Positions 1-10,784 of a stretch of 64,000 nucleotides of DNA are shown here, piece by piece. The translations under genes and the position numbers were made by a program. The notes beneath the pieces were generated by a model. It was not told where the DNA came from, did no database searches, and saw only the letters and a program-made list of their open reading frames with translations. The DNA lies in assembly GCA_965248835.1 (NCBI GenBank), contig CBDFLJ010000001.1, positions 1,056,001 through 1,120,000 of the forward strand, in the 5' to 3' direction. The stretch comes from Alphaproteobacteria bacterium (GTDB lineage Bacteria; Pseudomonadota; Alphaproteobacteria; MPNO01). Within the stretch, counting starts at the first letter, position 1. The number at the start of each line of letters is the position of its first letter.

Positions 1-819
1 GTCTGCGGCGCTTCGCTGGCGCTGATGGATGCGGGCGTCCCGCTCAGCGATCCGGTGGCCGGCATCGCCATGGGGCTGATCAAGGAGCAGGACCGGTTTG
101 CCGTCCTGTCCGACATCCTGGGCGACGAGGACCATCTGGGCGACATGGACTTCAAGGTCGCCGGCACGAGGAACGGGGTGACCGCGCTGCAGATGGACAT
201 CAAGATCACCGGCATCACAGAGGAGATCATGCGGATCGCGCTGAGCCAGGCGCGCGAAGGCCGGATGTCCATCCTCGACCACATGGACCGGGCGCTGTCC
301 GCCGCACGCGAGGGGATCAGCGACTACGCGCCGCGGATCACCACATTCACGATTCCCAAGGACAAGATCCGCGAGGTCATCGGCACCGGCGGCAAGGTGA
401 TCCGCGAGATCTGCGAGGTGACCGGTGCCAAGATCGACATCGAGGACGATGGGACGATCAAGGTCGCCGCAGTTGATTCCGAGGCCGGCACCAGGGCGAT
501 CGACTGGATCAAGGACATCGTCGCCGAGCCGGAGGTCGGCGCGATCTATTCCGGCAAGGTGGTCAAGGTGGTCGATTTCGGCGCCTTCGTGAACTTCCTG
601 GGCTCACGCGACGGGCTGGTGCATATCTCCGAACTCGCCCCGCGCCGCGTCGGCAAGGTCACCGACGTCGTCAACGAGGGCGACGAGGTCAAGGTCAAGG
701 TGCTGGGCATCGACGACCGCGGCAAGGTGCGGCTCAGCCGCAAGGCGGTCGATCAGCAGACCGGCGCGGATCTGTCGGAGGAGCCCCGGCAGGCGGAGGC
801 CGTAACGAGCGAGGCTTGA
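1..819 (+). CDS. pnp: Polyribonucleotide nucleotidyltransferase (PNPase), C-terminal part; 5' end outside window
   Basis: [35 protein letters not shown] domain ([13 protein letters not shown]) and S1 domain (DGLVHISEL). Confidence 0.98.
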   Translation, partial: VCGASLALMDAGVPLSDPVAGIAMGLIKEQDRFAVLSDILGDEDHLGDMDFKVAGTRNGVTALQMDIKITGITEEIMRIALSQAREGRMSILDHMDRALSAAREGISDYAPRITTFTIPKDKIREVIGTGGKVIREICEVTGAKIDIEDDGTIKVAAVDSEAGTRAIDWIKDIVAEPEVGAIYSGKVVKVVDFGAFVNFLGSRDGLVHISELAPRRVGKVTDVVNEGDEVKVKVLGIDDRGKVRLSRKAVDQQTGADLSEEPRQAEAVTSEA

Positions 820-870
820 CCGCACAGCCTGGCTTGGTTCCAGGAAGCGGCGGCGCCCTTGGCAAGCGAA

Positions 871-895
871 AGGGCGGGGTCGTTCACCCCGCCCT
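871..895 (+). terminator. Stem-loop after pnp, probable intrinsic terminator
   Basis: Perfect 10-bp stem AGGGCGGGGT-CGTTC-ACCCCGCCCT about 50 nt after the stop; weak U tract. Confidence 0.6.
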
Positions 896-1172
896 GACTT
901 CGCGATGATGTAATTTTTTCCGAAGCTCGCGTCCCGATTCGAGAAGTTTTTGCCAAATGTGATGATTCAGAGTCGATTCGATGGACTTGGTTTACCCGAC
1001 GCGCCACGGCGGTTCCGGTCCCGGCCTGCGCGGTATCGACCGGGCCGGGGCCGGGCATTGCGGCGGGCGCCGCGCCTATGGGGGGCTGGTCGTTTGTCAA
1101 TCGGTTGATATATAGGGTTAATAGAGTCGCGCCCGTAACCTGCAACGGCCCGACAGAAACGGGAGAATTCAC

Positions 1173-2570
1173 CTGAAGCCGTTGAATTCCCTGGTTATTT
1201 CCGGCAAAGAAGTGCCGCCCCTGGTGGAGGGCGGCAAGGGCATCGCGGTGTCCAACGGACAGAGCGCAGGCGCTTGGGCAGCCGCCGGCGGGGTCGGGAC
1301 GTTCTCGGCCGTCAACGCCGATGCCTACGATTCCGACGGCAGGCTGATCCCGGTGCGCTATAGCGGGCGCACGCGCAAGCTGCGCCACGAGGAGCTTCTT
1401 GCCTACGCCGTCCAGGGCGGCATCACCCAGGCGCGCATCGCCCATGAGATGTCCGGCGGCCAGGGCCGGATCCACATGAACGTGCTGTGGGAGATGGGCG
1501 GCTCCGAGCGGGTGCTGCACGGCGTGCTGACCGGTGCCAAGGGGCTGATCCACGGCGTGACCTGCGGCGCCGGCATGCCCTATCGCATCGCCCAGATCGC
1601 CGCGGAGTACGGCGTCCACTATTATCCGATCGTTTCCTCGGCGCGCGCGTTCAAGGCGTTGTGGAAGCGGGCCTACCACAAGTTCGCCGAATGGCTGGGC
1701 GGGGTGGTCTACGAGGATCCGTGGCGCGCCGGCGGCCATAACGGCCTGTCCAACGGCGAGGATCCCGACGCACCGCAGGACCCCTATCCGCGGGTGGCCG
1801 AACTGCGCGAGACCATGACCGAGATGGGGCGCGCCCAGACGCCGATCTTCATGGCCGGCGGCGTATGGTGCCTGCGCGAGTGGGAGGACTGGATCGACAG
1901 TGCCGAACTCGGGCCGATCGCCTTTCAGTTCGGCACGCGCCCGCTCCTGACCCAGGAGAGCCCGATTTCGCCGGAATGGAAGCGCCGGCTGTTGGCGCTC
2001 CAGCCGGGCGACGTCTCGCTCAACAAATTCAGCCCGACGGGGTTCTATTCGTCGGCGGTGTTCAACGACTTTCTCGACGAGCTGAAGCTGCGCTCGGAAC
2101 GCCAGATCGCGATCTCGGCCGAGCCGGTCGGCGGGCTCGCCGAGGAGCTCGTCGTCGGACCGCGCGGACGGCGGGTGTTCGTCACCCATGCGGACCGCAA
2201 GCGGGCCGAGGCGTGGCTCGACAGCGGCTATACCGAAGGCCTGCGCACGCCCGATTCGACGATGATCTTCGTCTCGCACGATAAAGCCCGGGAAATCCGC
2301 ACCGATCAGGCGAACTGCATGGGCTGCCTTTCGGCATGCCAGTTTTCCAACTGGTCGCAGGCCGAGACCGGCACGACCGGGCGCAAGGCCGACCCGCGGT
2401 CCTATTGCATCCAGAAAACCCTGCAGAACATCGCCCATGGCGGTTCGGTCGACGAACAGCTCATGTTCGCCGGCCACAACGCCTACCGGTTCCGCGACGA
2501 CCCGTTTTATTCGAACGGTTTCGTGCCGACCGTCAAACAGCTCGTCGAACGGCTGCATTCGGGCGACTGA
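1173..2570 (+). CDS. Nitronate monooxygenase-family FMN oxidoreductase (FabX/UfaA-like, Fe-S Cys motif)
   Basis: LVEGGKG, TCGAGMP, EDPWRAGGHNG, FQFGTRPLLTQES and CMGCLSAC...YCI motifs. Start is CTG 1173 (GGAG at 1162-1165) or TTG 1182. Confidence 0.8.
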   Translation: MKPLNSLVISGKEVPPLVEGGKGIAVSNGQSAGAWAAAGGVGTFSAVNADAYDSDGRLIPVRYSGRTRKLRHEELLAYAVQGGITQARIAHEMSGGQGRIHMNVLWEMGGSERVLHGVLTGAKGLIHGVTCGAGMPYRIAQIAAEYGVHYYPIVSSARAFKALWKRAYHKFAEWLGGVVYEDPWRAGGHNGLSNGEDPDAPQDPYPRVAELRETMTEMGRAQTPIFMAGGVWCLREWEDWIDSAELGPIAFQFGTRPLLTQESPISPEWKRRLLALQPGDVSLNKFSPTGFYSSAVFNDFLDELKLRSERQIAISAEPVGGLAEELVVGPRGRRVFVTHADRKRAEAWLDSGYTEGLRTPDSTMIFVSHDKAREIRTDQANCMGCLSACQFSNWSQAETGTTGRKADPRSYCIQKTLQNIAHGGSVDEQLMFAGHNAYRFRDDPFYSNGFVPTVKQLVERLHSGD

Positions 2571-2594
2571 GCGTCGGAATCGCGTTCGGCGCGA

Positions 2595-2630
2595 ATTTGA
2601 CTTGTTCCAAACTGCGCCCGTCACTATTGT
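2595..2630 (+). promoter_or_regulatory. Putative irr promoter overlapped by a degenerate ICE box
   Basis: ATTTGAC-TTG-TTCCAAA (right arm matches the ICE consensus). TTGTTC-17 bp-TATTGT could be -35/-10. Confidence 0.4.
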
Positions 2631-2671
2631 AACAGAAGTGTAATGATGTGGCCGGTTGACGAGTTTCGGCG

Positions 2672-3088
2672 ATGCAACGACCCTACACGCCGCTGATCGA
2701 GATGCTCAAGCGCCACGGCCTGCGCCCGACGCGCCAGCGCTTGGCGCTGACCAGGCTGCTGTTCGCCGGCGCCAACCGCCATGTCAGCGCCGAGAGCCTT
2801 CACGAGGAGGTGCTGCGCGACGGGGCGAGCGTTTCGCTGGCGACCGTCTACAACACCTTGCACCAGTTCACCGCCGTCGGCCTGCTGCGCGAGGTTATGG
2901 TCGATCCGAACCGATCCTACTTCGACACCAACACGACAGATCACCATCACCTTTATTTCGAGGACACCGGTCGCCTCGAAGACCTCGAGCCCACCGCCGT
3001 GCGGATCAGCAACCTGCCCGATCCACCCGCCGGAACGACGATCAGCCGGGTCGATCTGGTCATCCGGGTCACTGCCCGCCCGGACTGA
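2672..3088 (+). CDS. irr: Iron response regulator Irr (Fur family)
   Basis: GLRPTRQRLAL, SLATVYNTLHQF, YFDTN and the HHH motif typical of Irr. Confidence 0.9.
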   Translation: MQRPYTPLIEMLKRHGLRPTRQRLALTRLLFAGANRHVSAESLHEEVLRDGASVSLATVYNTLHQFTAVGLLREVMVDPNRSYFDTNTTDHHHLYFEDTGRLEDLEPTAVRISNLPDPPAGTTISRVDLVIRVTARPD

Positions 3089-3118
3089 CCGGGTTGCCGC
3101 CGACGGTGGATAAGGATT

Positions 3119-3135
3119 GTTAGAACAATTCCAAG
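3119..3135 (+). promoter_or_regulatory. ICE (Irr-binding iron control element) upstream of katG
   Basis: GTTAGAA-CAA-TTCCAAG versus consensus TTTRGAA-YNR-TTCYAAA: 12/14 arm positions plus the spacer. Confidence 0.75.
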
Positions 3136-3138
3136 CTA

Positions 3139-3167
3139 TTGACCAACCCGTCCCGACGTCATATAAA
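3139..3167 (+). promoter_or_regulatory. Sigma70-type promoter for katG
   Basis: TTGACC-17 bp-TATAAA. Confidence 0.6.
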
Positions 3168-3274
3168 TATCCCTGCCGACAGCTTCCGGGGGTGTCTTTG
3201 CGAGGCCGAGATCCGTGGGGGTTGGCGTGAACGCATGAAGAGCAGGGATGAATGCCTGCGCTTGAGGGAACTAA

Positions 3275-5506
<2,232 letters not shown>

Positions 5507-5633
5507 TCTCAGCCGAAAGGTCTTCGAGGGCTTCTAGAGAGCAGCCGCGACTGGGCGTAGGGCGATCAGGATCAGATCGAGGCTACGCAAATCCTACGCA
5601 AGCCTGTGGAAACCCTCGAGGCCGGTGGAAGAC

Positions 5634-5823
5634 ATGGACAAGAAATCCGGGTTAAAGGGTCTAAGGCCGAGCAGAATCTGAAGGCTGCCTTCGCCGGCGA
5701 ATCGCAGGCCAACCGGCGCTACCTCTATTTCGCCCAGAAGGCGGACGTGGAGGGCTACAATGACGTCGTCGCGGTGTTCCGCTCGACCGCCGAGGGCGAG
5801 ACCGGCCAGGCCCATGGCCATCA
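5634..5823 (+). pseudogene. Rubrerythrin N-terminal fragment, frameshifted and truncated
   Basis: [35 protein letters not shown]...[11 protein letters not shown], after which homology ends. ATG 5634 is in another frame (shift near 5655). Confidence 0.85.
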
Positions 5824-5927
5824 CCGTGGACGGCGCGGCCGCGGCCGGCATCGGCAATCCGAACTACGGCCACATGGCGGTCATGCCCGAAACGACGCGC
5901 GCAGCACTGACCGGCGATCTCGATTAA
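5814..5927 (+). pseudogene. Apparent C-terminal remnant of an unidentified gene joined to the rubrerythrin stub
   Basis: Frame reads [37 protein letters not shown] with high-GC3 codon usage. Confidence 0.4.
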
Positions 5928-5937
5928 CCGATCCTTG

Positions 5938-5967
5938 GCGGGGGTTCGAATCCTGCCGGGGCTACCA
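5938..5967 (+). other. tRNA 3'-end remnant (T arm, acceptor strand, CCA); att-like site
   Basis: GCGGGGGTTCGAATCCTGCCGGGGCTACCA; no D arm or anticodon arm upstream. Confidence 0.65.
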
Positions 5968-5969
5968 AA

Positions 5970-6357
5970 TCAGAGCGTGTGCAGACCGAGATGCTTCGCG
6001 ACCGCGTCGAAATCCCGGTCGGCATGAAGCAAACGGTGTCCGTTCTCCATGCAGAAGGTCGCGATCAGCATGTCGATGGTCTTGCGAACGGTAACACCCC
6101 TGGCGCAAAGAGCACGGTAATTGCGGGCACTGGCCAGGGCGATGCTGCGGCCGACCATGGGCTCGAAAATGAGCGTATCCAACGCTGCGCGCGCGGCGAA
6201 GGTCGCGGTCGTCGCGAAAGCCTTGCAGAACCTCCGCAAAGATGAGATCGCCGACCAAGACCGGTTCTATGCCGAGGATTTCGTCGAGCAGCGCGGTCTC
6301 ACGAGTCTCGACGCCGTTGAAGTAGTCGATCCATACCGAGGAATCGACGACGATCAC
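5970..6357 (-). pseudogene. vapC: VapC/PIN-domain toxin, frameshifted near 6190
   Basis: MIVVDSSVWIDYF...EVLQGFR joins RKTIDMLIATFC...LLHADRDFD in another frame; the shift lies in a GC dinucleotide run. Confidence 0.88.
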
Positions 6358-6359
6358 CT

Positions 6360-7090
6360 GTCTCGCCGCATGCGGTCATGCGGGAGCAGCCGGACATCAC
6401 GCTGGCGGAGCCGCAAGGCCGGCTGGCCGCCGAGAAGGCGGTCGCGATCTCGTTGCAGGCGATCAATGAGACGCTCAGGGCGCTGGGCTACAGCTTTAAA
6501 AAAACTTCGCGGGAGGGCGAACAGGACCGTCCCGACATTGCCGTCAAGCGCTGGCACTGGCGCCGCTGGCAGCACTGGCTGAGACCGGAGCCAAGACCAA
6601 CATGGCCCGGCTGCGCGGGCGCTGTCCCCGCGGCCAACGCCTGAACGCCACCCTGCCCTGGGGCCACTGGAAGACCACCACGTTCGTCGCCGGGCTGCGC
6701 CTGGATGGCTTGCACGCTCCCATGGTGCTCGACGGCGCCATGGACGGCGACGCTTTCAGGACCTACGTCGAACAGATCCTGGCGCCTTGCCTGCGGCCCG
6801 GTGATGTCGTCGTCATGGACAACCTGTCGGCCCACAAGGTCGCGGGCGTGCGTCAGGCCATCAAGGCGCGCGGCGCGTTCCTGCTCTATCTGCCGGCCTA
6901 CTCACCCGAGCTCAACCCCATCGAACAGGCCTTTGCCAAGCTCAAGGCGCTGCTCCGAAAGGCCGCCGCCAGAACCATCGACACGCTCGAAGCCGCCATC
7001 GCAACAGCGCTCGAAAACTTCACCCCCAATGAATGCGCCAACTACTTTACAAACTCGGGATACAAGCCGAATTGATCCGAAAATGCGCTA
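6360..7090 (+). mobile_element. IS630-family element remnant (left end missing, first catalytic Asp region deleted)
   Basis: PDITLAE, LGYSFKK at an A7 run, EQDRPD, ETGAKTNM, WKTTTFVAGLR, VMDNLSAHK, LPAYSPELNPIE; ends in TGATCCGAAAATGCGC-TA. Confidence 0.9.
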
Positions 7091-8079
7091 GCAGGGTCTG
7101 AAAAACGGCCAGTTGCGGTCGGGTTGGTTGTTTTGAACGGGTTGTCGATGGCGTGGTTAGGGGTTCGAGGTCGGATCGTGGCGTGGATGGGATGGGGTTC
7201 GGCGGCTGTCGGGCATCTGCGCCGCGGCGATGAGTTTGGGCAGCCGGACCAGGTTGTAGGCGGCGGCGGTCAGGGTGAACATCCAGCCCACCCGGTCGAG
7301 CCCGCGATGCCGGGTCTTGGCCAACCCGCCGGTTCTTGATCCAGCCGAAGCCCTCCTCGATGCGCTTGCGCAGCCGCTGGCTCGCGGCGTAACGAATGCC
7401 GGGTGGTGCGCCGGTCGATCCGGGTCTTGCGCCGCTTACCGGTCTTGCTCAGGCGGCGTCGACGGCACGGCGCGGTCGCCAACGCCTCGACAAGGTCGCC
7501 TTGTCGGCGCCGAGCGTGATCCGTCGCCTTTTGCTGCGGCGCCCCAGCATGGCCAGCGCCGCCTCCCGCTCGGCGGTCGGTGGCCCGGCCAGCGCCATCG
7601 ACGATCAGGGCGTTGCCGTTCTCCATCAGCAGATGGCCCATCAAGCCGGCCATCGCAACACGCGTGGGTCGCATTCGCGCGCCGCTCGCCGCGGAAGTCG
7701 CGCTCGGCGTTGCGCCCGGCGGGCGGCGCGTCATCGTCGCCGCCATCTTTGCGGCGGAAGCTCTTCATCGACGCCCAGGCCTCGATCAGCGTGCCGCGCG
7801 AAAAGTGCTCCTCCGAAACCCGGCTTGCGCCGCCAGGAACCATCGACACGCTTCGAGAAGCCGCACACCGGGTCGCGAACAGCGCAAGAGGTTGTAGTCC
7901 AGCGCTCCATCAAAACGGATGGTGTTGCAGCAGAAGCGCCCGCAGCACCCCCAATGCGAATGCGCTCGAAAACTACTTTCACCAGAGCCCGGACAAACGG
8001 ATGGTCGGGCGACGTAGCAAGCCCGCCGCCGCGTTCGTCCTCGCCGAATCCAGCACCGATGATCCGAAAATGCGCTAGC
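7073..8079 (+). repeat. 20-bp exact direct repeat TGATCCGAAAATGCGCTAGC (7073-7092 and 8060-8079), the IS630 right end
   Basis: Identical 20-mers read directly. Confidence 0.95.
7092..8059 (-). mobile_element. IS5-family transposase remnant with many frameshifts
   Basis: Fragments LDYNLL, EHF..GTLIEAWASMKSFRRKDG, GRNAERDFRGE, GHLLMEN, IDRRTTRH. The end CAGGGTCTGAAAAA directly follows CTAG (7088-7091). Confidence 0.8.
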
Positions 8080-9090
8080 GCTCGCCACGCAGCTCCACGA
8101 TGCGCTTGTGGACCGCGATCAGGAACTTGTCGGCCTGGCCCGGGACGTCGATCGGGTCGCCGAAGGTGATCTTGTTGCGCTGCTGCGCCTCGACCATCGG
8201 GATGTCCTCGGTAAGGATCGTCGTCTCCTGCTCGCGGCGCATGTCCTCGTCATTGGGATAGCCGCCGTCCAGCGCGAGGTCGCGGGTAAACGCGAAAAAG
8301 TAGTGGCTCGACGTCTCGGTCTCGGGCGTCATGACGTGGTCGTGGTTGATGGTGATCCTGTTCTCCTCGTTCTCCATCACCAGCTCGATATTGACCGTGT
8401 TCGGCGGCCGTCAGTTCTGCAAGGTCGTGCGCGTGACCGGCTTGGTGAACCCGCCCCAGGCCGCGGCCATCGGCCCCAGCGCGACGTTCTTCAGCACCCG
8501 CCGGCTGTGGACCGAGCCCGGCATTGTCCAGGTCTCCATCTCCTGGCGGACGGCGTCGGTCTCGCCCCTCTGGCCGGCGCGCGAGCCGAAGCTGCCGGCA
8601 TGGAGAAAATCGGCATGGCTGACGTCCAGCAGGTTGTCGGCCATGAGCTGGTCGTTGGCCTGGGCGTGGAACCGGCTGAGAATGGACGAGCGGTCATCGG
8701 CCACCAGCCAGGGCATCTCCGGGATCATCGCCGGATCGGCCCTGGACGCATATCGCCCAGCCAGGTCCAGACGAACCCCCAGTGCGCCTCGATCGGGTAG
8801 CTCTTGATCCGCGCGTTGCGCGAGACCGTCTCCTGGTGGGGGACGTGGACGCAGCGCCCGTCGGCGGCCACCACCCAGCCGTGATAGCCGCACATGATCT
8901 CATCGCCGATCACCCTGCCCATCGACAGCGGTGCCTGGCGGTGCGGACAGCGATTCTCCAGCGCCACCAGCGTGCCGGACCTGGCAGTCTGGAACAGGAC
9001 GATCGGCTGGTTGCACACCACCCGCTCGATCGGCTGGCTCGAAAGCTCAGAGGCGCGAGCGACGCAGTACCAGATGTCTTCGAAGAACAT
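8075..9090 (-). pseudogene. Rieske oxygenase alpha subunit (VanA/O-demethylase-like), at least two frameshifts
   Basis: WY, CPHR...CGYHGW, DNLLDVSHADFLH, TPETETSSHYFF and ED..MVEAQQ in different frames (shifts near 8750 and 8410). Confidence 0.85.
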
Positions 9091-9371
9091 GTTCGCGACC
9101 CCGTCATCGGACTCTGCTTGGCATTCCCTATTGTGAGATTTTAGCCCTGTACATGTGTCTGGCAACGACCGGACCCCAGTCAGGCAGGTCCCGGCACGTG
9201 ACTATTCCCCGCCCGGGAGCCGATCGCCACCGGCACGAAGGTGATGGAGCGCTTCGATAATCTCAATGGGTCATGCCTAGCTGAGTGTCACTGGATGGCG
9301 TTCGAGGCTGGATCGGCCGTCCTGGGTTGGTCTAGGTTCGAGCGTCGATCGGTGGAGAGTCGGGAGAGGCC

Positions 9372-10187
9372 ATGCTGACGCTATACCATCAGGGAAGCTC
9401 GGTCTGCGCGGCCAAGGCGCGGATCGTGCTCCATGAGAAGGGGTGTGAGTGGAAGGGCGAGTATGTCGACGTGCTCAAGGGCGAGCAATTCCAGGATTGG
9501 TATCTGGCGCTCAACCCGAACGCGGTCGTGCCGACCCTGGTCGACGACGGCCGGGTGATCATCGAATCGACGGTGATCTGCGAGTATCTCGACGACGTCT
9601 TTCCCGACCCGCCGCTCAAGTCCACCGATCCGTATGACCTGGCCATGATGCGGATCTGGACCAAGCGGATCGACGAGCGGCTGCACCCGATGACCAGCGT
9701 GCTGACCTATTCCGCGTCGCACCGGCACACGATCCTCGACAACAACACGGCGGAGCAGGTCGAGGCGATCATCAACGAGACCCGCGATCCGGTGAAGCGC
9801 CAACGCAAGCGCGAATGGATCGAGCTTGGGATCGAAGCGCCGAGTGCACGCGCGGCCGTCGTCGAATTCGAAAAGACCCTGGCCGACATGGAAGAGACGC
9901 TCTCGCGCACGCCGTGGCTCGCCGGCGATGCCTACTCGCTCGCCGATGTCGGCATGACGCCCTATGTCAACCGGTTGTCGATGCTGGGGATGGAAGGATT
10001 TTGGAACGGCCGTGCGCATGTCGCGGACTGGTTCGCGCGAGTGCGCAGCCGCGAAAGCATCATGCCCGCGCTGATCGCCGCCGTTCCCGACGACCTGACC
10101 CGTTCGCTTGCCGACAACGGCGCTCGGAGCTGGCCCAGGGTCGAGGCGATGCTGGAGACCGTCCGCGCGGCCGCCGCCGGAGCCTAG
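9372..10187 (+). CDS. Glutathione S-transferase family protein
   Basis: SVCAAKARIVLHEKG, LNPNAVVPTL, IESTVICEYLD, WLAGDAYSLADV. Confidence 0.92.
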   Translation: MLTLYHQGSSVCAAKARIVLHEKGCEWKGEYVDVLKGEQFQDWYLALNPNAVVPTLVDDGRVIIESTVICEYLDDVFPDPPLKSTDPYDLAMMRIWTKRIDERLHPMTSVLTYSASHRHTILDNNTAEQVEAIINETRDPVKRQRKREWIELGIEAPSARAAVVEFEKTLADMEETLSRTPWLAGDAYSLADVGMTPYVNRLSMLGMEGFWNGRAHVADWFARVRSRESIMPALIAAVPDDLTRSLADNGARSWPRVEAMLETVRAAAAGA

Positions 10188-10468
10188 GTGCCCCGAGTCA
10201 GCCGGCCGCGGACCGACCGGTAGGCCGGCTCCGGCGAGGTGCCGGTGATCCCGTTCGATGCGGAGCTCCGGTCGGGACCGGTCGGAGCATGACGAAAAAT
10301 GCACGAACCGAAATCAAGCCGTTGAAAACTCAGCCCTTTTTCCAAGGACCTTTTTATGCCTCCATTCTGGCGATTCCGGCAAGCCGGCAAACAATCGGAT
10401 CATAAGTCCAGACTGCGAATGGCGGCGTTTGCCACAGCCGCTGAACCCTTACGCGCGCGCGAGGATGC

Positions 10469-10555
10469 GGATTCCTACGCACTTGACGGCCGGTTCCTAT
10501 TTTACTTGACGGGGATTCCTACAACATTTGACCGCGAATCCTAGGCACTTGACCG
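10469..10555 (+). repeat. Four-unit imperfect tandem array with 22-bp period (TCCTA-N5/6-TTGAC)
   Basis: TCCTA at 10473, 10495, 10517, 10539; TTGAC at 10483, 10506, 10528, 10549. Confidence 0.85.
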
Positions 10556-10784
10556 TCACGGCTGTGCCGGTGGGGTTTCTCCCTTGAGTTGATGCGAGGG
10601 GCCGGCCGGTGGCCGGCCCGAGGCGAGCGTAAGCGAGCCCCGGTTGATATTCAAAGGCCTGTCGGGCGCGGCGACAAGCCCCGTCATGAGGCATGCCGCC
10701 GCGCCGGCCCGGCGGACGATCAAACGGGGGGAAACGGGCGCCACCCGGAGGCGGCGCCGAGTGCTCAACCGACGTCGACCGCGC

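Noticed and set aside
900-1130. Possible sRNA or riboswitch in the AT-rich pnp-NMO intergenic region
   Set aside because: No recognisable family motif or convincing structure beyond the terminator and probable promoter DNA.
5890-5967. Complete tRNA gene
   Set aside because: No D arm, anticodon arm or 5' acceptor strand; the upstream sequence reads as protein-coding remnant.
6495-6505. Functional programmed frameshift at TTTAAAAAAAC
   Set aside because: Typical IS630 slippery site, but the element is truncated and lacks its first catalytic Asp.
10469-10555. CRISPR interpretation of the 22-bp array
   Set aside because: No 25-40 nt unique spacers, degenerate repeats, and no cas genes.
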